From Mobula hypostoma (Eukaryota), in assembly GCF_963921235.1 (NCBI RefSeq), contig NC_086108.1, positions 78,184,001 to 78,248,000 of the forward strand: a stretch of DNA of 64,000 bases, written 5' to 3'. The notes beneath the pieces are model-generated. The model worked only from the letters and a program-made list of their open reading frames with translations, was not told the DNA's origin and made no database searches. Every line of letters begins with the position of its first letter. The stretch's first letter is position 1. The position numbers were made by a program, and so were the translations under genes. This document shows positions 1 through 12,113 of the stretch, one piece after another.

Positions 1-1313
1 TAAGCAGGCTAATTGGTAGCAGGTGAGGTATCATGACTGGGTATAAAAGTAGCGTCCATCAAAGGCTCAGTCTTTGCAAGCAAGGATGGGTCGTGGCTCA
101 CCCCTTTGTGCCAAAATTCGTGAGAGAATTGTTAGTCAGTTCAAAAGGAACATTTCTCAACGCAAGAGGGAATTTAGGTCTTTCAACATCTACAGTACAT
201 AATATTGTGAAAAGATTCAGAGAATTCAGAGACATCTCAGTGCGTAAAGGGCAAGGTCGGAAACCACACGTGATCTTCGAGCCCTCAGGCAGCACTGCCT
301 AAGAAACTGTCATGCTACTGTGACAATTATAGCCATCTGGGCTTGGGAGTACTTCGGAAAACCATTGTCACTCAACACAGTCCGTCGCTGCATCCAGAAA
401 TGCAACTTGAAACTGTATTACGTAAGGAGGAAGCCATACATCAACTCTATGCAGAAATGCCAGCAAGTTCTCTGGGCCTGAGCTCATCTCAGATGGACCG
501 AAAGACTGTGGAACCGTGTGCTGTGGTCAGATGAGTCCACATTTCAGCTAGTTTTCATAAAAAAACGGGCATTGAGTTCTCCGTGCCAAAGATGAAAACG
601 ACCATCCAGATTGTTATCAGCGAAAGGTGCAAAAGCCAGCATCTGTGATGGTATGGGGGTGCATCAGTGCCCACGGCATGGGTGAGTTGCATGTATGTGA
701 AGGTACCATTGACTCTGAAACGTATATTAGGATTTTAGAGAGACATATGTTGCCATCAAGGTGACATCTCTTCCCGGGACGTCCATGCTTATTTCAGCAG
801 GACAATGCCAGACCACATTCTGCACGGGCTATAACAGCGTGGCTTTGTAGAGACAGAGAGCGTGTGCTTGACTGGCCTGCTGCCAGTCCAGATCTATCTC
901 CTATTGAAAATGTATGGCGCATCATGAAGAGGAGAATCAGACAACGGAGACCACGGACTGTTGAGCAGCTGAAGTCTTGTATCAAGCAAGAATGGACAAA
1001 ATTTCCAATTGCAAATCTACTACAATTAGTATCCTCAGTTCCAAAACGATTAAAAGGTGTTATTAAAAGGAAAGGTGATGTAACACAATGGTAAACATGA
1101 CTCTGTCCCAACTTTTGTTGAGTGTGTTACAGCCATCAAATTCTAAATTTGTGTATGTTTACAAAATACAATTCAGTTAGTCAGTAAAACTATTGAAAAT
1201 CTTTTCTTTGTACTTTTGTCAGTTAAATAAAGGTTCACATGAATTAACATATCACAGATTTTTGTTTTTATTGCATTTTGGAAATATCCCAACTTTTCTG
1301 GAAACTGGGTTTG
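1..1313 (+). mobile_element. Tc1-family DNA transposon, right part (left TIR lies outside the window)
   Basis: Transposase remnant 86-1094. Right end ...tcccaacttttctggaaactgggtttg is followed by TA (1314-1315). An inner copy of tcccaactttt at ~1106 suggests an IR/DR-type TIR of ~210 bp. Confidence 0.93.
86..1094 (+). pseudogene. Tc1 transposase (DD34E), frameshifted with stops
   Basis: ATG at 86 (MGRGSPL). HTH-like LGLSTSTVHNIVKRFRE..GQGRK, VLWSDES, and FQQDNARPH..WPAASPDLSPIENVW with 34 residues between D and E. Stop at 1092-1094. Confidence 0.92.
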
Positions 1314-1510
1314 TAGGTAGCAGGCTGGGTTTTGGCACAAAGGAAATGGCAGTGAGTTAGACTGGTTTGAGGCCTCCACCCACATAGTTTCAGAACTCTT
1401 GGCCTTTGACCTTGTATACTAATAGGTTGGAGAGGTGCCTATTCTGGATTTCAGAAAAGAGATTAGTTGGGGTGGTGTGCCTTGGAGACATTCAAGAGGG
1501 AGAGAAATAA

Positions 1511-3130
1511 AATCAAATCAAGTCACTTTTTATTGTCATTTTGACCATAAGCTGCTGGTACAGTACACAGTAAAAATGAAACAATGTTCCTCCAAGACCA
1601 TGGTGCTACATGAAACAACACAAAATTACACTGGACAAAGTGAAACAGCACAAGGCTACACTAGACTACATAAAACATCACAAAAACTACACTAGACTAT
1701 AGACCTGCACAGGACTACATAAAGTGCACAAAACTGTGCAGGGCAGTACAATAAATCATAAACAAGACCATAGGCACAGCAGAGGACAAATTACGATATA
1801 ATAATGAATGATGTCAGTCTAGACTTTGGGTATTAAGGAGTTTAATGGCTTGGGGAAAGAAACTGTTGCAGTCTGGTTGTGACAACCTGAATGCTTTGGT
1901 ACCTTTTGCCAGATGGCAGGAGGGAGAAGAGTTTGTATGAGGGGTGTGTGGGGTCCTTCATAATGCTGTTGGCTTTACGGGTGCACCGTGTGGCGTAAAT
2001 GTAATGGTGGGAAGAGAGACCCCGATGATCTTCTCAGCTGACCTCACTATTCGCTGCAGTGTCTTGTGATCCGAGATGGTGCAATTTCTAAACCAGGCCG
2101 TGATGCAGCTGCTCAGGATGCTCTCAATACAACCTCTGGAGAATGTAGTGAGGATGGGCCATGGGAGATGGACTTTTCTCAGCCTTCGCAGAAAGTAGAG
2201 ACGCTGCTGGGCTTTCTTGGCTGTAGAGCTGGTGTCAAATGACCAGGTGAGATTCTCTGCCAGGTAAACACCAAGAAATTTGGTGCTCTTAACAATCTCT
2301 ACAGAGGAGTCGTCAATGTTCAGTGGAAAGTGGTCGCTCTGTGCTCTCCTGAAGTCAACAACCATCTCTTGTGTTTTGTTCACATTCAGAGACAGGTTGT
2401 TGGCTCTGCCCCAGTCTGTTAGCCAATGCACCTCCTCTCTGTATGCTGACTCGTCGTTCTTGCTGATGAGACCCACCACACTCTGCCATCCGCGAACTTG
2501 ATGATGTGATTCGAGCTGTGTATTGCAGCACAGTCGTGGGTCAGCAGAGTGAACAGCAGTGGACTGAGCACACAGCCCTGGTGGGCCCCTGTGCTCGGTG
2601 TGATGGTGTTGGAGACGCTGCTTCCAATCCGGACTGACTGAGGTCTCCCAGTCAGGAAGTCTAGGATCCAGCTGCAGAGGGAGTTGTTCAGGCCCAGCAG
2701 TTTCAGCTTTCCAATCAGGTGCTGAGGAATGATTGTGTTGAATGCTGAACTGAAATCTATGAACAGTATTTGAACGTAGGTGTCTTTTTTGTCCAGGTGG
2801 GTGAGGGCCAGGTGGAGGGTGGTGGCGATGGCGTTGTCTGTTGAACGGTTGGGACGATATGTGAACTGCAGGGGGTCCAGTGAGGGGGGCAGCAGGGTCT
2901 TGATGTGCCTCATGACAAGCCTTTCGAAACACTTCATTATGATGGAAATGAGTGCAAGAGGACGGTAGTCGTTGAGGTAGGACACTGAAGACTTTGGCAC
3001 AGGGACTTTGGTGGCAGCCTTGAAGTACGTTGGAACGACAGTGCTGCTAAGGGAGACGTTGAAGATATCAGTGAGAATCTCTGCTAGCTGGTCTGCACAT
3101 CCTCTGAGCACTCTGCCAGGAATATTATCA
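1511..3130 (-). mobile_element. Rex1/Babar-type non-LTR retrotransposon, 5'-truncated RT
   Basis: [79 protein letters not shown]. The 3' UTR ends with aataaa and short gattt repeats at ~1511-1535. Confidence 0.85.
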
Positions 3131-5398
3131 ATTGTGCCAATTGTCAAGATAAATGTAGTCAGGAGGCTGGATGTTGTAGATCTCCGCTGCTGTGAGTGAA
3201 ACTCTCCAAGGTGATTCTGTTGTCTGCCCTTTGTTGGATTTAAGGAGATTTTCTCAGGATTGAATGGATCCTTGGAAGGGGAGAGGGTAGATAGGTCCTG
3301 ATAGATACAATGACACTGGAACAAAAGTTCTATTGAAAAGGAGAATGAAGTGCTAAATTAACAGATAGAGCATTGCAATGAATACACTACTGGTGTATGT
3401 AGCTTTGAATGTGAAATCAGAATTAAGTGTGGACACTGACAGTGTATGTATTAAAACAAGAGTAAATCAATGTAACTTCGTCTAGGTAAAAAAAATCTAT
3501 CTTTTTAACAGAAGTATATGTGAAGAACTATGCCGTGGATGATAGCACTTCAATCTTAAACTATAAAAGCAAGCAGTTGCTAAATATTGGATAAAAATAG
3601 TAATAATACAATGAAATATATTTATGCAGAGACGCACAAAAGACTGCAGATTCTGGAGAAAGCAAATTACTCTGCAGGTTGAGCAGCATCTGTGTAGGGA
3701 AAAGAATTATTTCAGGCAAGTGCATGTATCAAGAGGAGATGGAGTAGTGAGAAAGGGTCCAGTAGGATATAGGTGGACCAAGGAGAGGAATGACAGGCAG
3801 ATACAGCCAGATGGGGGAGGGGAGAGGTGGAGTCAGGTGACAGGCAGGGCAGGTGGGTTATCAATGGAAGCAGGCAAAGAAAATAATAGGTTTTATGTAA
3901 TTCTGTAACAGCTTTCTGACGCAAATTGTTAGTTTTTTTTTAGCCCATTAAGAACTCAACGTGTTTTCTATTTGTGTCTGCTTTAACACATTTTCTTACT
4001 CTTTGTGACACAATGATTTGGAATATATTCTGTCTTCCTGTTGAGTAACTGGGTGGATGGACCTTGATAAATCTTAAGCTTATTCCAGTGGCCGCCTCAG
4101 CAAGGTCCCATGTAGCATTTGCATTTGCCGAGCAATTTAGATTTCACTTCTTTTGGTGTGTTAACTTGGTGCTCCTATTCACTCTGATGAAATATTGAGG
4201 GTCAGCAAAATAAAAGGGATGTACTCGTCTTTAAGAAGCAATACAAACCTAAATTGAAAATAAAACCCATGTATGCAGCCATGTGATGAGCGAAACCTGG
4301 TACTCTAAGTGAAATATCACTATATGGTTAAGCCTACAACATTCTCTTGCTGATGTAACCAGGTGTCCATTGAATATCATTATGTATTCACCCTGGTGAT
4401 ACTAAAATAATTGCCTGTCCCTTTAAGAGAAAACGGTGACGTCATTATTCACATGTGGAGTAGCAGAAAGAGTTGCAAGGTTCTAGAAATGACGTCAAAT
4501 TCTAGTCATATGGTGAGGAAATGTGAATAATATTTGAGAATATCCATGTATATCTGTTACATTTGTTTGTAAATCTAGAATATCGGTAACTTACATGTGG
4601 ATGCTGTATATTTTTGCGAGTGAAGTGTTGCCGCTTAATAGCGTGGTTGTGCAAAGTTCCTTATTGGCCTGGTGGGTTAGTCTTTCTAGTAATTTAAACT
4701 CCAAAGCAATAAGTTGTAAAAGTTTTTGTAAAAGTTTATTTTTTTTGTCTTTCTTTATTGTTTCATGACCAAATGTGAATGTAACAGTAATGTGAATGTG
4801 TTAATCTCTGTTTATGTAGCGTGAGTGAGGAGAACTCGTTTCAAGGTCTACCCTCTGTGTTTGGAAGTTAAGCATGTGTGTGCCAATCACTTAGTTAGGA
4901 TGAGATGTATTTATTCATATTATTGATGTGTACAAGGTTGGTGGGATTCTAACATTTGTATTGTTTTGTAGAACTTCCACTATCATGTTGGTTTTGTATA
5001 ATTTGTTTTAGTTATATTCATACTGCATACATAACAAGTGTGTGGACAGAAATTAAACTGAGATTATAACAGCCGGAACTGTTTTTTAAATTCATTTTGT
5101 CATTTTAATTTTGATACCCTCTTTCTGCATTCAAACATCTAAAACAGATAAAGGAAATAAAGACGCAGAAAATTATTTGTTGTCTTGCATGTGCATTTTT
5201 CCCCAGGCTACAAAACTAATTCATAAGTCATTAAGACTTGGCAGTCTGGCTCTTGTGATGTGCTTTCCCATCAACGCTGAGTGTAATGTCAAGCTTTAAA
5301 AAAAGCACGGTCACTTGGTGGGAATAATTTACCAAGCAACTGACAAAAACACAGTGGGTGTTTGTCACATTTGTTCAGATCAACACCATCATAACTTG

Positions 5399-5935
5399 AA
5401 CAACAGGAATTCTGCAGATGCTGGAAATTCAAGCAACACACATAAAAGTTGCTGGTGAACGCAGCAGGCCAGGCAGCATCTGTAGGAAGAGGTGCAGTCG
5501 ACGTTTCAGGCCGAGACCCTTCGTCAGGACTATCTGAAGGAAGAGTGAGTAAGGGATTTGAAAGGGGGAGGGGGAGATCAAAAATGATAGGAGAAGACAG
5601 GAGGGGGAGGGATGGAGCTAAGAGCTGGACAGGTGATAGGCAAAAGGGGATACGAGAGGATCATGGGACAGGAGGTCCGGGAAGAAAGACAAGGAGGTGG
5701 GGGGGGGGGGGCCAGAGGATGGGCAAGAGGTATATTCAGAGGGAGAAAAAGGAGAGTGAGAGAAAGAATGTGTGCATAAAAATAAGTAACAGATGGGGTA
5801 CGAGGGGGAGGTGGGGCCTTAGCGGAAGTTAGAGAAGTCGATGTTCATGCCATCAGGTTGGAGGCTACCCAGACGGAATATAAGGTGTTGTTCCTCCAAC
5901 CTGAGTGTGGCTTCATCTTTACAGTAGAGGAGGCC
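5399..5935 (-). mobile_element. Penelope-like element 3' end (C-terminus of GIY-YIG domain, 3' UTR, hammerhead)
   Basis: Nearly identical to 31247-31790. Encodes ..EATLRLEEQHLIFRLGSLQPDGMNIDFSNFR* on the minus strand. Confidence 0.9.
5496..5531 (-). ncRNA. Minimal type I hammerhead ribozyme (intact core)
   Basis: Minus strand reads AGTC-CTGACGA-A-GGGT-CTCG-GCCT-GAAA-C-GTC-GACT. Confidence 0.8.
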
Positions 5936-7019
5936 TTATTGCTAATAAAGTAGAAAAGATCCCAGAGCACATCAGGAACACATCTAAAGAAAAATCATGA
6001 TATTAAGGGACAACAGAGCCACTAGGACAGATGACAAAAAAAGTGATCAAATTATGTTTTAAGAAATGCATTTAAGAGAGGTAAGAGTTCACTGAGGCAA
6101 TTTAGGACTTGAGGCTTAGATTCAGTGTTAGACTCGTGTTGTGTCATCAGCTCAGATGCCACCTATGTGGGATTTGTATATTTTCCTTCTGACTCTGTGA
6201 ACTGCTCCTGTTTCTGTGCACATCACAAATACGCGCTGGTACGTTAATTCACTACTGTAAACTGCCCTGGCATAGATAAATAGTATAAGAATCAAAAGGA
6301 ATGGATAGGCATGTGAGAGAGAATATGTGTGCATGATTACAGGGGTAATAGTATCCTAAGTTATAGTAATTAAATAATTGCTACAATAATTAACAGTTCT
6401 TTGTTAATTCCAAGGTGAAATCCTCAAGAGTATGAAGTCACTTGGTGTAGAGGTTGTGTGTGGAAAGCAGGTGATACGTCAGTGTTATTTTTATGGTATT
6501 TGGGTGATCACTAACATATAAATGATGGAAATTATTCACTGTAGATTTTGTATCATCAACCTATGTAGAAAATGCAAGGATCCTAAGTTCTCCTATTAAT
6601 GGAACCATCCTCTCCATGTATACTCTTTTCATCTCCTTTAGTATTCGGTAGGTTTCAGTGTGATCCTCTCGTCCTTCTGAACTCCAGCGAGTACAGGCCC
6701 AGAGCCCTCAGATACTCTTCATATGTTAACTATCTCATTCCAAGGATAATGGTTAAATTAAAAAAAAACAAGCTGATTTTGGTTTTGTGTTGGAGAAATA
6801 TTAATGTTGAAAGATGTGTACGGAATCGTGAGAAGGAAATGAAGGAGTACACGCTGAGTGAGCTCAATGCATGACTGTCATTCCTACATTCTGTATGTAG
6901 AGAGGCTTTGCAAGCCATGACACGTAACTGAGTTCCAAACTCAGATGTATTTCAAGTGGCTGACTCATGCCCAAAAAAGCAATTTTTGGGAAGAACCTGT
7001 TATTTAAAAAAAAAAATCG

Positions 7020-8232
7020 TAACAAAACACATTGATGAGATGTAACAAGACACATTGATGAAGGTAGTGCAGTGGATGTAGTGTATATGGATTTTACTAA
7101 GGCATTTGATAAGGTTCCCCATGCACGGCTTCTTCAGAAAGTGGGGAGGCATGGAAACTAAGGAGACCTTGCTTTGTGGATCCAGAATTGGCTTGCCCAG
7201 AGAACGCAAAGGGTGGTTGTAGATGGTTTGTATTCTGCATGGAGGTCGGTGACCAGTGGTGTTCCGCAGGGATCTGTTCTGGGACCCCTCCTCTTTGTGA
7301 TTTTTGTAAATGACCTGGATAAAGAAGTAGAAGGGTGGGCTAGTAGGTTTGCTGATGACAAAGGTTGGGGATGTAGTGGATAGTCGAGGGATGTCAGAGG
7401 TTATAGCGGAACATCGATAGGGTGCAGAACTGCACTGAGAAGTGGCTGCTGTGAAGTGGTTCATTTTGGTAGGTCAAATTTGAAGACAGAATGTAATATT
7501 AATGGTAAGACTCTTGGCAGTGTGAAGGATCAAAGATCTTGGGGTCCGTGTCCATAGGACACTCAAAGCTTTTGCGCTGCTTGACAGTGTTATTAAGAAT
7601 GCGTATGATGTGTTAGCCTTCATCAACCATGGGATTGAGTTCAAAAGCCGTGAGGTGATGTTATAGCTATATAAGACCTTAGTTAGACCCCACTTGGAGT
7701 ACTGTGTTCATTCCTGGTCACCACATTACAGGAATGACATGGATCCTATAGAGAGAGTGCAAAGGAGATTTACAAGAATGTTGCCTGGATTGGGGAGCAT
7801 GCCTTATGAGAATAGATTGAGTGAACTCAGCCTTTGCTCCTTGGAGCGACAGAGGATGAGAGGTGACCTGATAGAGGTGTATAAGGTGATGAGAGGCATT
7901 GATCGTGTTGATCGCCAGAGGCTTTTTCCCAGGGCTGAAATGGCCAACACAAGGGGCATAGTTTTAAGGTGCTTGGAAATAGGTGCCAAAGGGATGTCAG
8001 GGGTAAGTTTTTTACTGAGCGAGTGTCGGGTGCGTGGAATGCACTGCCGACGGCAGTGGTGGAAGTGGATGCAATAGGGTTTTTTAAGAGCCTCTTAGAT
8101 AGGTACATGGAGCTTAGAAAAATAGAGGGCTATGCAGTAGGGAAATTCTAGGTAGTTTCTAGAGTAGGTTACATGGTTGGCACAACATTGTGGGCTGAAG
8201 GACCTGTAATGTGCTATAGATTTCTATGTTCT
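7020..8232 (+). mobile_element. CR1 LINE, 5'-truncated RT and 3' tail
   Basis: [74 protein letters not shown]. Tail ttctatgttct. Confidence 0.9.
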
Positions 8233-9881
8233 TAACTTTTTTTTCCAGAAGTACTGTACATTTGTAAGCATCTTTATAAATTTAAATATTGCATCCTAAA
8301 GTTTAAAGTAAAATTTATTATCAGAGTACATACATATCACCACATACAACCCTGAGATTTGTTTTCCTGTGGGCATACTTAGCCTATCTATAGAATGGTA
8401 ACTGTAAACAGGATCGATGAAAAGAGCAAGTGGAGCATTGAAGACAACAAACTGTGCAAATACAAACATAAATAGCAAAAATGACAAGATGAAGAGTACT
8501 TAAACTGAGATCCGTTGGTTGTGGGAACATCTCAATAGATGACTATGCTGCAGTTCCATATGCCTTATAAGATACTTCTAAGCAACTAAAGTAACACGAA
8601 ACTGTCTTCTAACATTGAACATCAAACATATAATATCCCTTTTAAAGCAGTTGGTATTCCTTGTTGATAGCTGATTTCAGTGACATGAGTTTGTTACAGC
8701 TTTGTTTACTATTTGCTCACCGGGAAGCTGTGTTTGGGATGCACATCACAAGCTGGTTTTTGCTCAGGTGCGAGACTTTCAAAACAATACAACATTCATG
8801 GCATAGAGAGTCCCCGTGAGTGCCCTATTGGAGTATAGGACTCAAGATTTGAGATAGTTAAGCAAATGTTTTTCTTTCTCTTGCCAATATCATTCTCTGC
8901 CTTTTCCTTGACATCTTTGTTGTTGACAAGTTAGACTGGGAACCTGTGCCATGTCTGCTAATGGCAGGATCTCCCTCTGATATGGTCCTATACTAGACAA
9001 AGTGGCCTACTTCCAGCTCCTTTGGTTAGGAAGACTTAAAATATGTGGCTATGTGACCAGAATGCCTTCTGCATATTGCCACGAAATCATTACTTTACAC
9101 AAAGCCACTTTAGTTTCAGGAATTGCTTGAAATCTGACAACTCTAAACAAACATTTATTCTTCGGGCCAAGACCCTTCATCAAGACTGATCTTGGCCTGA
9201 AATATCAACTGATTATTCCTCCATCATAGACACAAGAGTTATAGATTCACTGAGAAGTACAGCACAGAAACAAGCCCTTTGGCCCATCTAGTCCATGCTA
9301 AAACTGATTAAACTGCCTACTCCTATCGAGCTGCATCAGGAGCGTAGCCCTCTGTATTCATACTATCTGTGTACCTATCCAAACCTCTCATTCTGCCTGA
9401 CCTGCTGAGTTACTCCGGCATTTTGTGTTTTATCTGGATTTCCAGTATCTGTGGAATCTCTTGTGTTTAAACTTTTAAGCATAGTGATTTTCATTTCACC
9501 TCTATTATTCTTGGAAAACTGTAGATGACATGACATCTGAGGCCATTATACACATTTCATACTATTCTAAACCACCCAGGGAGCTGTTTAGATTTGGGGT
9601 AATGCCTGCTCTTACGATCCATAAACAGTGGGCTCTTTGAGGTTAAATAAGCATGGATTGTTTACTCTGGGGTGTTAGAAGCTGAGAAAGCATCCTGAGA
9701 TAAGTATATAAAATTAAGAAAGGCATTAACAGGGGAGATAGACATTTTCCCCAGAGCAGAAAGATCAAACATTGGAGGATGCAGGTTTAAGGCAAGAGGG
9801 GGAAACTTTAAAGGAGAATGAAAAGGAAAGTTTCTTTTGAATGATAGGTCAGCAACATCCCATCAAGAAAGGTGATAGATC

Positions 9882-10714
9882 AATGAGGAAGGTGCAGGAT
9901 AGATGCACTCCAAAAACAGAGGAGTACTCAAATAGCAAAATAATATGTCTGAGGCTGACAAGAGAAGTCAAAGCTAATGTAAAAGCAAATGAGAGGGCAT
10001 ACAACAAAGCAAAACTTAGTGGGAAGATAGAAGATTGGGAAGCTTTTTAAAAACCTACAGAGAGCAACTAAAAGAATCATTAGGAGGGAAAAATTGAAAT
10101 AGGAAAACAAGCTAGGAAACAATATCAAAGTGGATAGTAAAAGCTTTTCCAAGTATGGAAGAAATGAGAGATGTGAGTGATAAAGAACTACTTTTTAAAA
10201 AAAAATGAGGCCAGAGAAATAACAATGGCAGCAAGGAAATGGGCAGATGAACTAAATGAGTGTTTTGCATCAGTTTTCACTGTGGAACATACTAGCAGTA
10301 TGCCAAATGTTGAAGGGAATGAAGGAAGAGAAGTTGCTATTATAAAGGAGAAGGTGCTCAAAAATCTGACAGACCCACAGGTTACACAAGTCACCCCGAC
10401 AAGATGAACTGCACCTTTGGGTACTAAAAGAGGTAGCAGCAGAGACTGGAGGCATTAACAATGATCTTTCAAAAATCATTGGACTCTGGCATGGTGCCAG
10501 GTAATAGGGAAATTGCAAGTGGCACTCCACTAGTTCAGAAAATAGGAAGGCAGCAGAAAGGAAATTATAGACCAGTTAGCCTGACCTCAGTGGTTGGGAA
10601 GATGTTGGAGGTAATTGTTAAAGATGAAGTTATGCAGTACTTGTCGAGACAGGACAAGATTGGACAAAGTCTGCATGGTTTCGTTGAGGGAAAATCATGC
10701 CTGTTGAACTTGTT
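9882..10714 (+). mobile_element. Older CR1 ORF2 fragment, 5' half (continues at ~14858)
   Basis: ADELNECFASVFT, GNYRPVSLTSVVGKMLE, HGFVEGKSCL. Breaks just before the LLEYFE motif, which resumes at ~14857. Confidence 0.85.
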
Positions 10715-11906
10715 AGACCATAAGACCGTAAGACAAAGCAGCAGAAGTCGGCCATTCGGCCCATCGAGCCTACTCGGCCATTTTATCATGAGCTGATCCA
10801 TTCTCCCATTTAGTCCCACTCCCCTGCCTTCTCACCATAACCTTTGATGCTCTAGCTACTCTGATACCTATCGATCTCTGCCTTAAATACACCCAATGAC
10901 TTGGCTTCCACTGCTGCCTGTGGCAAAAAATTCCATAGATTCACCACCCTCTGACTAAAAAATTTTCTTTGCATTTCTGTTCTGAATGGGTGCGCTTCAA
11001 TCCTTAAGTCATGCCCTCTTGTACTAGATTCCCCCATCATGGGAAACAACTTTGCCACATCCACTCTGTCTGTGCCTTTCAACATTCGAAATGTTTCTGA
11101 GGTCTCCCCTCATTCTTCTAAACTCCAAGGAATAGAGTCCAAGAGCAGACAAACGTTCCTCATATGTTAACCCTCTCATTTCCGGAATCATTCTAGTGAA
11201 TCTTCTCTGTACCCTCTCCAAAGTCAGCACATTCTTTCTTAAATAAGGAGACCAAAACTGCCCACAGTACTCCAAGTGAGGTCTCACCAGCGCCTTATAG
11301 AGCCTCAAGGTCACACCCCTGCTCCTATACTCTATTTCTCTAGAAATGAATGCCAACATTGCAATCGCCACCTTCACCACCGACTCAACCTGGAGGTTAA
11401 CCTTAAGGGTATCCTGTACGAGGACTCCCAAGTCCCGTTGCATCTCAGAACTTTGAATTCTTTCCCCATTTAAATAAGTCTGCCCGTTTATTTCTTCTGC
11501 CAAAGTGCATAACCATACACTTTCCAACATTGTATTTCACTTACCACTTTGCCCATTCTTCCAATCTATCCAAGTCTCTCTGCAGACTCTCCATTTCCTC
11601 AGCACTACCGGCCCCTCCACCTATCTTTATATCATCAGCAAACTTAGCCACAAAGCCATCCAAATCATTGATGTATAATGTAAAAAGAAGCGGCCCCAAC
11701 ACGGACCCCTGTGGAACACCACTGGTAACCTGCAGCCAACCAGAATAGGATCCCTTTATTCCCACTCTGTTTCCTGCCAATCAGCCAACGCTCTATCCAC
11801 GTGTGTAACTTTTCCGTAATTCCATGGGCTCTTATCTTGTTAAGTAGCCTCGTGTGGCACCTTGTCAAAGACCTTCTGAAAATCCAAATATACAACATCC
11901 ACTGCA

Positions 11907-12113
11907 AACAACAGGAATTCTGCAGATGCTGGAAATTCAAGCAACACACATCAAAGTTGCTGGTGAACACAGCAGGCCAGGCAGCATCTGTAGGAAGAGA
12001 TGCAGTCGACGTTTCAGGCCGAGACCCTTCGTCCTGAAACGTCAACTGCACCTCTTCCTACAGATGCTGCCCGGCCTGCTGTGTTCACCAGCAACTTTGA
12101 TGTGTGTTGCTTG
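11907..12113. mobile_element. Fold-back mini Penelope-like insertion (two inverted 3' ends) inside CR1 RT
   Basis: Perfect 13-bp TSD aacatccactgca at 11894-11906 and 12114-12126. Minus arm 11907-~12033, plus arm ~12033-12113. Confidence 0.9.

Noticed and set aside
1595..1750. Short imperfect repeats (actagactaca, cacaaaa) resembling an array
   Set aside because: Low-complexity 3' UTR of the Rex1-type LINE. No constant repeat-spacer period, so not CRISPR-like.
5449..5832. Recurrent MLVNAAGQAAS.. ORFs (also 11854, 31297, 35036, 35801) as a small gene family
   Set aside because: They are translations of the PLE 3' UTR/hammerhead region, mostly antisense, with non-ATG starts and variable stops.
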